Assembly: GCA_963717935.1 (NCBI GenBank)
Contig: CAVQXP010000004.1
Coordinates: 160,001 to 224,000, forward strand
Direction of reading: 5' to 3'
Source: Candidatus Eiseniibacteriota bacterium
Lineage (GTDB): Bacteria > Eisenbacteria > RBG-16-71-46
Length of the DNA: 64,000 bases
In this document: positions 46,074 to 56,401 of the stretch, one piece after another
Position numbering within the stretch: the first letter of the stretch is position 1
How the letters are laid out: each line of letters opens with the position of its first letter
Notes under the pieces: generated by a model
What the model was told of the DNA's origin: nothing
Seen by the model: the letters and a program-made list of their open reading frames with translations, nothing else
The model's database searches: none
Made by a program: the position numbers and the translations under genes

Positions 46074-47135
46074 CTACGGGCCGATGCGCAGCCTTGCCAC
46101 CTTCCTCGCCAGCGCGGTGAGCGCCACGCCGGGCTTCCGCGGGTCGACCCAGCGCAGGCGCGCCGAGCGCGGCAGGGGAACGGCCAGCTCTCCGCGCCAC
46201 ACCTCGGCCGCGAGCGCGCGGTGGGTGATGGCGTAGCGGAGGGTCTCCCCCGCCGGCGCGAGCCGCGCGCGCAGGCCGAGCCCGGCGAGCCGCGCGTCCA
46301 GGGCCCGGCGCGCGGACCGGCGCGGCGCCAGCTCGACACCGGGCGGCTCCCACAATCCGGCGAGCAGCGGACCTTCGCGGCGCACGACGAGCATGCGACC
46401 CCGCCGCTCGATGAGCACGACCGCCTGCCGCACGTTCTCCCCCGCCCGTCTCAAGGGCACCGGCGGGAACTCCGCCACGCGGCCGAGCGCGAAGGCGCGG
46501 CACCAGCGGCGACACCGGGCACTCGCCGCAGCGCGGGGCCCGCGGGACGCAGACGGTCGCGCCCAGTTCCATCAGCGCCTGGTTCCAGTCGCCGGGCCGG
46601 CGCGCCGGGACCAGCGCGGCGGCCAGCGCCCACAGCACCTGCGCGCCCCGCGACGCGCGCAGCGCGCGCAAGCCGCGACAGAACGCGCGCCACGTTCCCG
46701 TCCAGCGCGGGAAGTGCGCGATCGAAGGCGATGGAGAGCACCGCTCCGGCCGTGTAGCGGCCGACCCCGGGCAGCCGGGCGAATGCCACGGGCTCGTCGG
46801 GCACGCGGCCCGCCGTGCTCGCGCACCACGAGGCGCGCCGCCTCGCGCAGATGGCGGGCGCGACGGTAGTAACCGAGCCCCGCCCAGGCGGTGAGCACGT
46901 CGGTCTCGCGGGCCCGGGCCAGCGATTCGAGGGTCGGGAAGCGTTCCAGGAACCCGTGGTAGTACGGCGCCACGGTGGTGACCCGGGTCTGCTGGAGCAT
47001 CACCTCGGAGAGCCAGACCCGGTAGGGGTCGCGCTCGCCGCGCCACGGCAGCGAACGGCGGTGACCGTCGTACCAGCGCAGGAGCGCGCGGCGCAGTGCG
47101 GGATCCGACGCGCCGCCGGGAGTCTCATGCGGCAT
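46074..47135 (-). CDS. mutY: A/G-specific adenine glycosylase (frameshifts)
   Basis: [46 protein letters not shown]. Confidence 0.92.
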
Positions 47136-47184
47136 GGGCAGGCTCCGGCCGGCGCGGGCGCCGGGCGCGGTGCGCGGGCCGGCC

Positions 47185-47253
47185 CGGGGGTCGGAGATGG
47201 TCGTGGGCGAGCAGAGGCACCATGCGCTCGCCCACGACCATCTCCGACCCCCG
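47185..47253. repeat. Perfect 28-bp inverted repeat, family B
   Basis: Arms 47185-47212 and 47226-47253, 13-nt loop AGAGGCACCATGC. Confidence 0.75.
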
Positions 47254-47258
47254 CTGTC

Positions 47259-47462
47259 TCAGCGCTTCGACTGCAGGGGCCCGACGGGAGCGTCCTTGAG
47301 ATTCGGCGTCCTGGTCTGTGCGCCCGTCCACGCGCAGGTCAGCGGGTTGCCGCAGCGCGGACAGGGAATCTTCGCATCGGCGCCTTCGTCGGCGGTGGGC
47401 ATCCAGCGCTCCACCTTCACCTGGCAGCCGGGCACATGGCAGAGGTATACGCAGAGAGGCAT
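47259..47462 (-). CDS. Small zinc-ribbon protein (FmdB-like)
   Basis: MPLCVYLCHVPGC...CPRCG; GGAG RBS. Confidence 0.65.
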   Translation of the reverse strand: MPLCVYLCHVPGCQVKVERWMPTADEGADAKIPCPRCGNPLTCAWTGAQTRTPNLKDAPVGPLQSKR

Positions 47463-47715
47463 CGCTTCGTCTCCCATCGAACGCTCGCCGGCGGGCCGCC
47501 ACGGCCCGCCCGGCCACCGCGACATGATAGCCGAACGGCGCCGCGTCTGCCGCGGGACGGCGGGCGCGGAGCCCGGCAGGAGGGTCCCGCGGGCACGCTC
47601 GGCTCCGCTTCCCGCTGCGCCTCGCTCTTCCTCGCCGGGCTCCGCCGGTCCCTGGCTCCACCCGGCTCCGGGCGGCCTCGCGGGATCCTCCTGCCGGGCC
47701 CCGCGCCCGCGGGCC

Positions 47716-48724
47716 TCAGTTCAGCTCCCTCGCCAGCCACCGCAGGACGTTGAGGGCGAACTGCTGGTTGTCGTCGAGGTCCGGCCGGTTGAGGCCGATC
47801 CTCAGGCGGCTCTTCCTCATTCGCAGGGCGTCCGTTCCGAGCACGAACTGGGAGCCGAACATCGCCGCCTCGCCCAGCACCACCACGCGCCCCTTGCCGA
47901 AGCCGAACGCCACGCCCTGGAAACGATCGACCGCGGTCACGGCCCCGGGCGTGTTCACCGCCGACGTGGTGTCCGCCTTCCGGCGGGCCTCGAGGCTGGC
48001 TTCGCGCCGCGCGTCCGGGGTGAAGGGCAGGTCCAGGGCCGAGGGGCTGAGCACCAGCAGGCCCGGCTGCCCGGGCGGGCCCACCAGCGACTGGCCGGTG
48101 AAGGTCGCCACCCGATCGATGCGCTCGCTCTTGTCCCGCCCGCGCGTGATCGCGTGGTCGCCCAGCAGGCCCAGGGCGCGCGTGAAGAGGATGCAGCCCA
48201 TGTTCCCGGTCTCGGGGTCCACGCGGCGCGTGTCCACCGTGTAGCTCTTGCCCATGTCCACGCCGAAGCGGACGGCAAGGCTGTCCATCGCCGAGGCGAA
48301 GGGCGCGTGGTCGGCGATGAGGAGGAGCGAGCCTCCCGCCCTTCACCCAGTCGCGCACCACGTCGCACTCGGCGATCCGGATGGCGTTCTCGCGGGCGGC
48401 CGGGCCGTTCAGGTCCCGCGCGCCGAGCGCGTCGGCCACGATCAGCACCTGGCAGGCCTCGAGCAACTGGGGCGAGAACGCCTGCCCGCCGGAGATCACG
48501 TTCAGGCCATCCTGCGAGAGCAGGTTCGCGAAGGTACGGTAGAGCCCGTTCCGGGTGAAGTGGTTCCCGTGGGCTTCGTCGATCATCACGACCGGCCGGC
48601 GGGCGGTGAAGGCCGGCTTCGCGACCTTCGGGACGAAGGTGGTGTCTTCCACCTGGCTCTGGGAGCGGGCGGGCACGGCGGCGACGGCGAGCAGCAGCAG
48701 GGCGAAGAGGAACGTGCGTCCCAT
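47716..48724 (-). CDS. Secreted DUF4350/GATase-like protein (frameshift near 48340)
   Basis: Signal peptide; IDEAHGNH, WVKGG..LLLIADHAPF, GKGRVVVLGEAAMF, NQQFALNVLRWL. Confidence 0.7.
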
Positions 48725-48947
48725 GCGGTGGATCCCTCTCTGGCGGCGCGAAACGCACAGCCGGTTCGTGGACAGTCTAGCCACTCGGACCGGACCGGAT
48801 GTCGAGAATCGGTCAACAAGGATACATGCGGCGTCCGGCGGGCCGAAGTCGGCCCGGCCGGCCACGGCCGCGCCCGCTGCAGCGCGGCTCCCGCTTGAGG
48901 CGGCCGGGGCGCGCCGATTATGCTCTTCCGGCTCAGGAGCCCATCCC

Positions 48948-49946
48948 ATGCCCACCGTCGGCACCCTCATAGACCCGCAGGGCCGCGTCCTCCGCGATCT
49001 TCGCATCTCGGTCACGGACCGCTGCAACCTGCGTTGCGTCTACTGCATGCCCCTCGAGGGCATCGCCTGGCTGCCCCGGACGGACGTGCTCACCTACGAG
49101 GAGATCGTCCGCGCGGCCCGCCTCGCCATCGGGCTCGGCGTGACCAGCATCCGGCTCACCGGCGGTGAGCCGACGGTGCGCGCCGGCCTGGAGGTGCTGG
49201 TGCGCGCGCTCCGCGACCTCGACCCGGCGCTCGACCTCTCGCTGACGACGAACGGCCTCAAGCTCGCGACGATGGCCGGGGCCCTGCGCCAGGCCGGGCT
49301 CACGCGCATCAACGTGAGCCTCGACACGCTCGACCGCGCACGCTTCCAGAGAATCGCCCGGCGCGACAGCCTCCCCGAGATCCTCGCGGGCCTCGAAGCC
49401 GCGAAGCGCGCGGGCTTCTCCCCCATCAAGGTCAACGCCGTGTTGATGCGCGGGTTCAACGAGGACGAGGCCGTGCCGCTCGCGCGCTGGGCCCGCGAAC
49501 AGGGCTTCGAGCTGCGCTTCGTCGAATGGATGCCGCTCGATTCGCAGCGCTCGTGGTCCACCGAGCGGCTGGTCCCGGCGGCGGAGATCCTGGCCGGGCT
49601 CGAGGCCGCGTTCCCGCTCGAGCCGGTGCCGGGCCCGGACCCGAGCGCCCCCGCCGAACTCCATCGCTATCGTGACGGAGGAGGCACGGTGGGCGTCGTC
49701 GCCTCGGTGACCCGCCCCTTCTGCGAGCGCTGCGACCGCATCCGGCTCACGGCCGACGGGCAGATCCGCACCTGCCTCTTCGCGCACGAGGAGCACGACC
49801 TCCGCGGGGCCCTGCGCCACGGTGCGAGCGACGAGGAGATCGCCACCCTGCTGAAGGCGGCGGCGTGGCGCAAGGAACCAGGGCACCTCATCAACAACCC
49901 GGCGTTCCTGCAGCCCGCCCGCGGGATGAGCGCGATCGGCGGCTGA
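48948..49946 (+). CDS. moaA: GTP 3',8-cyclase
   Basis: LRISVTDRCNLRCVYC, CxxC..C C-terminal cluster, ends MSAIGG. Confidence 0.96.
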   Translation: MPTVGTLIDPQGRVLRDLRISVTDRCNLRCVYCMPLEGIAWLPRTDVLTYEEIVRAARLAIGLGVTSIRLTGGEPTVRAGLEVLVRALRDLDPALDLSLTTNGLKLATMAGALRQAGLTRINVSLDTLDRARFQRIARRDSLPEILAGLEAAKRAGFSPIKVNAVLMRGFNEDEAVPLARWAREQGFELRFVEWMPLDSQRSWSTERLVPAAEILAGLEAAFPLEPVPGPDPSAPAELHRYRDGGGTVGVVASVTRPFCERCDRIRLTADGQIRTCLFAHEEHDLRGALRHGASDEEIATLLKAAAWRKEPGHLINNPAFLQPARGMSAIGG

Positions 49947-49979
49947 GAGCGGAAGGATCGCCCCGGCCGCCGCCCGGGA

Positions 49980-50966
49980 CTACGGTGCCCCGCCTGGCGC
50001 CGGCCTCACCCCCAGGAACACGACTTCCTCCTCGAGCGTGACGCCGAAGCGCTCGCGAACCCGCGACTTCATCTCCTCCGCCAGCGCGAGCACGTCCGCG
50101 GCGGTCGCCTGGCCCGCGTTCACGATGATGTTCGCGTGCCTCGCGAAGACCACGGCGTCGCCCACGCGCAGGCCGCGGCAGCCGCACTCTTCGAGCAGCT
50201 GCCCCGCGGCCACGCGGCGCGTGCCGGGTGAGTGCTTCGCCCCCGGCACCTGCCAGTCGGGCGGCAGGTTCTTGAAGTACGAGCCCGCCGTGGGCTCGGA
50301 GCGCCACTCGGGGTGCTTCACCCGGCGGATCTCGAGCCTCTCGTCGAACTCGCGCTGGATGGCCGCACGCTCGCCAGGCGCCAGCTGCAGCCGGCACGAG
50401 AGCAGCACGCGCGGGTCGCGCTTGAGGCGCGAGTCCCGGTAGCCGAACTCGTACCAGGCCGCCGGCTGCGTCTCGATCGTCGCGCCGTCGGGAGTGGCGT
50501 GGATGCAGTCGATGACATGGGAACCGATGTCCCGGCCGTAGCAGCCGGCGTTGCCATGGAGCGCGCCGCCGATCGTGCCCGGGATGCCCGCCGCGAACTC
50601 GAGCCCGGCGAGCGAGCGGTCGCGGCAGCGCTCGATGAAGCCGAGGAGATCCGCGCCACAGCCCACGTGGGCCACCGCACCCTCGAACTCGACCTCCTCG
50701 CAGGCGTTCCGGATGACGAGCCCGCGCAGCCCCGCGTCCGACACGAGCAGGTTGCTGCCACCGCCGAGAAGGAAGACCGGCAGGCCCAGCTCGTGGCCGG
50801 CCCGCAGCGCGGCCACCAGGCGCTCGGGGTCGCGGGCGACGTAGAAGAAGTCGGCGGGGCCGCCGATGCGGAAGGTGGTGTGGAGCCGCAGCGGCTCCGC
50901 CCTCCGCAGTCCGCCGCCGAGTGTTCGCTGCAGGCGGTCATCGAGGTTCGGGGCGGGGCCAGCCAT
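49980..50966 (-). CDS. murB: UDP-N-acetylmuramate dehydrogenase
   Basis: HTTFRIGGPA, LGGGSNLL, GIPGTIGG..NAG, FGYRDS, AGSYFKN, HANIIVN. Confidence 0.95.
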   Translation of the reverse strand: MAGPAPNLDDRLQRTLGGGLRRAEPLRLHTTFRIGGPADFFYVARDPERLVAALRAGHELGLPVFLLGGGSNLLVSDAGLRGLVIRNACEEVEFEGAVAHVGCGADLLGFIERCRDRSLAGLEFAAGIPGTIGGALHGNAGCYGRDIGSHVIDCIHATPDGATIETQPAAWYEFGYRDSRLKRDPRVLLSCRLQLAPGERAAIQREFDERLEIRRVKHPEWRSEPTAGSYFKNLPPDWQVPGAKHSPGTRRVAAGQLLEECGCRGLRVGDAVVFARHANIIVNAGQATAADVLALAEEMKSRVRERFGVTLEEEVVFLGVRPAPGGAP

Positions 50967-51073
50967 GCGCGGATCTCCGGGGTCAAGCCGTGGGAGCCGA
51001 TGGCCCCGGGACGGCCGGTGCAAGGGTCGCATCTTAGTCCGTCGCGCATGCGCACGGAAAGTCGTGCGGAACG

Positions 51074-51235
51074 GCGGCGGAGCGCAGACAGGGCCGGGAG
51101 ACGGCTAAGTACGGACACGCTCGCCTCCCGGCCCTGTCTGCGCTCCACCGCGGGCGTTGGCAGAACCAGGAGACGGCCAGGCACGGACACGCTCGCCTCC
51201 CGGCCCTGTCTGTGCTCCGCCGCGGGCGTTGGCAG
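51074..51235. repeat. REP/BIME-like composite repeat, family A
   Basis: Two ~53-bp direct copies at a 72-bp period (51111-51163, 51183-51235) plus inverted arm 51074-51100; core shared with 1376-1412. Confidence 0.75.
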
Positions 51236-51296
51236 GGGGCCCCGGGGCGCGCTTATAGTGTCTCCAGGAGACGTTCACGCACCCGAAGGAGGCGGC

Positions 51297-51524
51297 ATGA
51301 GCAGGCTGACGATCACCTACTGCGATCAGTGAGGGTACCTGCCCAGGGCTGCCGGTCTGGCGGCCGAGATCCGTGGTGCCAGGGGCATCGAGGCCGAGCT
51401 GGTGAAGAGCTCCGGTGGCATCTTCGACGTCGTCCTCGACGGAGCGACCCTCTTCTCGAAGCACGAGACCGGGCGGTTCCCCGAGCCGGGTGAAGTGCTG
51501 GATCTGATTCCCGCCACACCCTGA
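51297..51524 (+). CDS. SelW/Rdx-family selenoprotein (75 aa, CxxU)
   Basis: GAAGGAGG RBS; MSRLTITYCDQ-UGA-GYLPRAAGLAAEI...SSGGIFDV..LFSK..GRFP; frame continues past UGA with Rdx signatures. Confidence 0.9.
51347..51365 (+). promoter_or_regulatory. Bacterial SECIS-like hairpin
   Basis: GGCUGCC-GGUCU-GGCGGCC starting 14 nt after the UGA, G-initiated loop resembling the fdhF SECIS apex. Confidence 0.75.
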
Positions 51525-51526
51525 CC

Positions 51527-51553
51527 CGCCACCTGCGCACGGGGCAGGTGGCG
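51527..51553. terminator. Hairpin between convergent genes
   Basis: CGCCACCTGC-N7-GCAGGTGGCG. Confidence 0.5.
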
Positions 51554-51569
51554 AGGGCGCGGCGGGCTC

Positions 51570-52034
51570 TCAGCCTCCCGCCTCCAGCTCCCCCACCGCC
51601 TGCTCCGCGCGCTTGCACAACCCGGGCAGCGCGTCGCGCACCGCGGGCGTCATGGCGCCGCCGATGGTGAACGGGTCCAGCACCTCGACCGCGATGATCC
51701 GCAGCTTCTGCGGGAAGTGCAGCCCGAGACGCCCGGCGAGGTCGAGCATCTCGGGAAAACCCGCGAAATGCGGCGAGGGATTCTGAACGCGGGCCAGCGT
51801 GCCGGCGGCGATCTCGTGGACCGTCCCGACGGGACGCGAGCCGGTGCAGGCGGCGTCGAGCACGACCGCGGCGTCGTAGCCCGCCAGCACGTCGAGCAGG
51901 GCCAGTCCGTGCAGCGCCGTGGCCTCGACGTCGGCCCGGCCTGCCAGGCGCGGCCCGAGTTCCTTCACGGCCAGGTGGCCGATGGCGTCGTCCGCCAGCA
52001 GGTCGTTGCCCAGCCCCAGCACGAGGATCTTCAT
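51570..52034 (-). CDS. Hydrogenase maturation protease
   Basis: LVLGLGNDLLADDAIG, VVLDA, SPH motifs. Confidence 0.9.
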   Translation of the reverse strand: MKILVLGLGNDLLADDAIGHLAVKELGPRLAGRADVEATALHGLALLDVLAGYDAAVVLDAACTGSRPVGTVHEIAAGTLARVQNPSPHFAGFPEMLDLAGRLGLHFPQKLRIIAVEVLDPFTIGGAMTPAVRDALPGLCKRAEQAVGELEAGG

Positions 52035-52047
52035 GGAGCGGGCGACC

Positions 52048-52769
52048 TCAGGCCCGGCCGCGCGTGGACTGCAGGCTCTTCCAGAACGGCCTGTGCAGGA
52101 AGCTCCGTTCGTCGAGCGCGCAGAGGCGCTGGAACAGCGGCAGGTTGACGGTGAAGGCGAGCATGTCGGCCGGAAGGTAGCTTGCGCATCGCCGCGTCGG
52201 TGGCGCCGATGACGGCCTGCGGCACGTCGCCCGAGCCGGGCGGACCGAGCAGCTGCAGGCAGCCCGAGCCGAACGGCGCCGTGACCGGCGCCGCCTGGTC
52301 CGGCCCCACGTCGTAGTTCGCCCCGAGGATGAGCGCGGAGAGACGGTCGGGGTCCACGAGGAACGTGACCGTCTTCAGGTACGCCTCCTGGCCCGGATGC
52401 AGCGGACCGATGAGCAGGTTCGCGTGCTCCGGATGATAGACCTGCCGCCACTCGACCCACCGCATCATGGTCTCGCGGTGACGCTTCAGACCCTCCTCCT
52501 CCACCAGGAAGGTCACCAGGTCCTCGCGTGAGCGCTCCTCCACGCCGAACAGGCAGGAGCCCGCGCCGCGGCAGCCGTAGCCGTCCCTCGTCAGGTGGAG
52601 CGTGCGGCCCCGCAGCCAGTCCTTGTAGAACGCGAACACGCACGCGCGCACGCGCGGCGCCGGGCGCACGCACGGCTCGAACGGCGCGGGGTCCGGAGCG
52701 TCGTACAGACCGATCGGCGGGCGTCTCGAGCCCCAGGTTGTCCAGCAGGCGGGTGGGATCCGGCTGCAT
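52048..52769 (-). CDS. DUF169-like protein (frameshifts near 52720 and 52180)
   Basis: IGLYDAP, CVF, GCRGAG, APFGSGC, AVIGATD; GGAGG RBS. Confidence 0.65.
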
Positions 52770-52923
52770 GGCGACCTCCTTCTGCGATTCCCCGATGGCG
52801 AGAGCCGCCTCCGGCGCGAGCGCCCCGGCGACGGCTCCCGAAACACCGGCCGGCCACCGCGCGGGGTGCGGCCCCGGACCTGCGAAGATCCGCAGGTGCC
52901 CCGCAGCGGCGCCGGCCTTCCCT

Positions 52924-54453
52924 CTACGCCTTCGGGTCGCGGCGGATCTCCTGCACCAGCTGGCGGTCCGGGTCGTAGATGCGCGCGATCAGCGGCATCT
53001 CCCCGGGCAGCGCGTGCGTGGCGCAGCCGAAGCACGGGTCGTAGGCGCGGAACGCCATCTCGACCATGTTCAGCAGACCGTCGGTGACCTTGCCCTTCGA
53101 GATCAGGCCCTTGGCGGCCTTGTCCACGCTCATCGCGATGCGGGCCGCGTTGTTCTGGGTCGCGACGATGAGGTTCGCCATCGTGATGATGCCGTTCTCA
53201 TCGGTCTCGTAGTGGTGGAACAGCGTGCCCCGCGGCGCCTCGACCACGCCGATGCCCACCGAGGGCTTCTGGGTCGGGATGGTGCGGATGTCCTGGCTGA
53301 TGATGTCCGGGTCGTCCAGCAGCTCCACCATGCGCTCGGCCGCCTGGAGGATCTCGACGCACCGCGCCCAGTGGTTCGCCAGCGTGTGGTGCACCGGCTT
53401 CCCGCCGAGCGTGGCGTAGAGCTCCTCGTAGGCCTTCTGCGCCAGCGGCGTCGCCATGCCGTCCGAGGCGTTCAGCCGGGCCATCGGCGCGACCGCGAAC
53501 AGGCTGGTCCCCGGCCCGTCCACGAAGCCCTTCCAGCCCAGCGGCTTCAGGAACGGGAACTTGATGTAGCTCCACTCCTCGACGTGCTCGCCGACGTAGT
53601 CGCGGTACTTCTGCACCGGGAACTTCGCGTACTCCTTGCCGGCCGGGTCCACGACGCGGATCAGGCCGTCGTAGAAGTTCACCTTGTTGTTCGCGTCCAC
53701 CAGGCCCATGTAGTGGGTCTTGTGCGTGTACGCGTCCGAGGTGATCAGTTTCACGTACTCCGGGTTCTTCAGGACGATGTCCTTGAACACCTGCAGCGTG
53801 AACTGCGCGAACCCGACCGACTCCTTCGCCAGTTCCTTGAACCTCGGCAGGTCGGACGGCGCCAGGCCCTTCGACACGCCCCCGGGCAGGCCGAGCACCG
53901 GGTGGATCACCTTGCCGCCGAAGTACGCGATCAGATCGCGCACGCGCCGGCGCATGCTGATGACCTGCTTGCCGACCTCGACGCCGACCGTCTCGATCAC
54001 GCCGACCACGTTGCGCTTCGCCGCGGGCGCGTCCGGCCCCACGATGAAGTCCGGCCCACCCAGGATGTAGACGTGCAGCGCGTGGTCCTCGAACGTGAAG
54101 GCGTTGTACACCAGCTCGCGGATCTTCCTCGCCGCGGGCGGCGGCTCGACCTTGTAGAGGTCGTCCAGCGCCTTGGTGGCGGCCATGTGGTGCGCCGTGG
54201 GGCAGACCCCGCAGATGCGGCTGGTGATCTGCGGCATGTCCTCCGCGGGCCGGCCGATGCTGAACACCTCGAATCCCCGCAGCTCGGGGATCTGCAGGTA
54301 GGCGTGCTCCACGTCACCCTGCTCGTCCAGGAAGATGTCGATCTTCCCGTGCCCCTCGAGGCGGGTGATCGGATCGATGGTGATGCGCTTGCCATTGGCG
54401 ACGGCGGCGGCCCCGGTGTCGCCCTTCGAGACTGATCCAGTGACTGGGTTCAT
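52924..54453 (-). CDS. mvhA: Group 3c-like [NiFe]-hydrogenase large subunit
   Basis: ITRLEGHG, RICGVCPTAH (L1), RAYDPCFGCATH (L2) and cleavable C-terminal extension. Confidence 0.92.
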   Translation of the reverse strand: MNPVTGSVSKGDTGAAAVANGKRITIDPITRLEGHGKIDIFLDEQGDVEHAYLQIPELRGFEVFSIGRPAEDMPQITSRICGVCPTAHHMAATKALDDLYKVEPPPAARKIRELVYNAFTFEDHALHVYILGGPDFIVGPDAPAAKRNVVGVIETVGVEVGKQVISMRRRVRDLIAYFGGKVIHPVLGLPGGVSKGLAPSDLPRFKELAKESVGFAQFTLQVFKDIVLKNPEYVKLITSDAYTHKTHYMGLVDANNKVNFYDGLIRVVDPAGKEYAKFPVQKYRDYVGEHVEEWSYIKFPFLKPLGWKGFVDGPGTSLFAVAPMARLNASDGMATPLAQKAYEELYATLGGKPVHHTLANHWARCVEILQAAERMVELLDDPDIISQDIRTIPTQKPSVGIGVVEAPRGTLFHHYETDENGIITMANLIVATQNNAARIAMSVDKAAKGLISKGKVTDGLLNMVEMAFRAYDPCFGCATHALPGEMPLIARIYDPDRQLVQEIRRDPKA

Positions 54454-54513
54454 AGGCTTGCCTTCTCCGGTTTCAAGGGGTCCGCCGTCGGTTCCCTGCG
54501 ATATCACGATGGG

Positions 54514-55404
54514 TCAACGTCCACCTCCGCCGCTCCCCGCGCTGGAGAGCGCCGGCATGGCGTTGACGAGCTCCGAGCCGATGCCCAGCTTCCCGGGCGG
54601 GACGCCGAGCGCCAGCCCGATCAACTGCGTGAAATAGAGCACCGGCACGTTGAGGTTCGTTCCGAACTCGCTGTTGACCTGCTTCTGGTAGCACTCCAGG
54701 TTGACCTGGCAGAGCGGACAGGCCGTGGCGATGATCGCCGCGCCGGACTGCACCGCGTTCTCCAGCAGGTTCCGGACCAGGCTGAGCGCCGCCTCGCGGT
54801 TGGTGATCAGCAGCGCGCCGCCGCAGCAACGGAGCTTGAGCAGGTACTCCACCGGATCCGCGCCGATCGCCGTCATCAGGTCCTCGAAGAAACGCGGGGA
54901 CTCGACGTCCTCGTGGTCCTTGCGGGGCCTCAGGATCTGGCAGCCGTAGTACGGCGCCACCTTGAGGCCGGTCAGCGGCCGGCGCACGCGCTTCTTGATC
55001 TCCTCCAGCCCGACGTCGTTCACCAGCACGTCGATCAGGTGGCGCACCTCGGAGGTCCCCGCGAACTTCAGGTCGTCCTCGGCCAGCGCCTCGTTGATGT
55101 GCTCCATGAGGTCCGGCTCGCGCTTGAGGTGCTTGCGGGCCGCGTACATGTTCTTGTAGCAGCCGCTGCAGGGCGCGATCACGTCCAGCTTCGATTGCTC
55201 GGCGATGGCGAGATTGCGGGCGCACAGCGTGTACGCGAGCAGCTCGTCGATGTTGAAGTAGGTGGTCGCGCCACAGCAGTTCCAGTCCTCGATCTCCTCC
55301 AGCTCGACATCGAGGGCGCGCGTCGTCGCGATCGCGGAGTCGTGATAGCTCCGCGCCATCTTCTCCAGCGAGCAGCCCGGGAAGTAGGCGTACTTCCTGG
55401 TCAT
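54514..55404 (-). CDS. hdrB: Heterodisulfide reductase subunit B
   Basis: YFPGCS, DWNCCG, YYGC, CCGG, ACPLC. Confidence 0.92.
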   Translation of the reverse strand: MTRKYAYFPGCSLEKMARSYHDSAIATTRALDVELEEIEDWNCCGATTYFNIDELLAYTLCARNLAIAEQSKLDVIAPCSGCYKNMYAARKHLKREPDLMEHINEALAEDDLKFAGTSEVRHLIDVLVNDVGLEEIKKRVRRPLTGLKVAPYYGCQILRPRKDHEDVESPRFFEDLMTAIGADPVEYLLKLRCCGGALLITNREAALSLVRNLLENAVQSGAAIIATACPLCQVNLECYQKQVNSEFGTNLNVPVLYFTQLIGLALGVPPGKLGIGSELVNAMPALSSAGSGGGGR

Positions 55405-55982
55405 TTCTCCTCCACCGGGACGATCTTCCGGACCATCCGCTTGAAGTTCTCCAGCCGCTTGATCCGGGCCGGCAGCACCGGCATGCGGCCCTTGAGCATC
55501 AGGCCGGTCGCGGTCGCCGCTTCCTGCAGCATGTCCTGGAAGCCGAAGGAGAACAGATAGGTCGTCGCCAGTACCGGCTCGTAGGACCGGCCGCTCTTCA
55601 TGATGGTCTGGATGAACGTCTCGGAGAACGTCGGACCGATCAGGTCCTTGGCGTACTCGCTCTTCCAGATCGAGTACCTCTTCAGCGCGTACATCAGCTC
55701 CGCGATGTCGATCCCCCGCGGGCACCGCACCGTGCACATGTAGCACGACGAGCAGTACCAGTAGGTGTTCGCCCGGAGCGTGTCATCCTTCCGGTTCGCC
55801 CGGATCATCGCGATGATCCGTCGAGGCGTGTGGCTCATGAACCCGCCGGAGGCCACCGGGCAGGACCCGGAGCACGTCCCGCACTGGATGCAGGTGTTCA
55901 CCGGGTTGCTGGTGGAGGCGTGGAGGAGGTTGTTGATCTCCCCGATGAAATCCAGCCTGGTCTCCATGGTCTCGGTGCTCAT
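55401..55982 (-). CDS. hdrC: Heterodisulfide reductase subunit C
   Basis: CIQCGTCSGSCP and CSSCYMCTVRCP. Confidence 0.9.
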   Translation of the reverse strand: MSTETMETRLDFIGEINNLLHASTSNPVNTCIQCGTCSGSCPVASGGFMSHTPRRIIAMIRANRKDDTLRANTYWYCSSCYMCTVRCPRGIDIAELMYALKRYSIWKSEYAKDLIGPTFSETFIQTIMKSGRSYEPVLATTYLFSFGFQDMLQEAATATGLMLKGRMPVLPARIKRLENFKRMVRKIVPVEEK

Positions 55983-56401
55983 TTCTTCTCGCTTGCCTTC
56001 GCGCTCGCCGCCTTCAGCAGGGCCTCGATCCGCTCCAGCAGGAGACGCGGCTCGACCGGCTTCTCCATCAGTTCGTCCACCTCGACGAAGTGGGGGTGCA
56101 GCGCCTGGCTGCCGAACAGGAAGGCGATCTGCTCCCGGATGCCCGTCATGATCAGGACGGGGATCTCGCGCAGCTTGGGGTCCCGGCTCATCTTGCGCGC
56201 GATCATGACGCCCTCGGCGCCGCGCCCCATCATGATGTCGAGCAGCAGCAGGTCGTACTTCTTCTTCTGCAGCGCCGCGAGGCCGTCCTTCGGGTTGTGG
56301 GCGACATCGACGTCGTACTGGGCGGCCGTCAGGATGGACTTGATGCCATCGACGAAATCGGGATCGTCGTCGATCATCAGCAGCTGCTTGCGATCGCTCA
56401 T
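55979..56401 (-). CDS. Single-domain response regulator
   Basis: IDDD, LLDIMM, MTG, EKP; no output domain. Confidence 0.9.
   Translation of the reverse strand: MSDRKQLLMIDDDPDFVDGIKSILTAAQYDVDVAHNPKDGLAALQKKKYDLLLLDIMMGRGAEGVMIARKMSRDPKLREIPVLIMTGIREQIAFLFGSQALHPHFVEVDELMEKPVEPRLLLERIEALLKAASAKASEKK

Noticed and set aside
34502..47135. Pseudogenes or programmed frameshifting in the transporter, efflux and mutY genes
   Set aside because: Indels are scattered, I saw no slippery sites, catalytic motifs are intact and no premature in-frame stops accumulate; consistent with sequencing error
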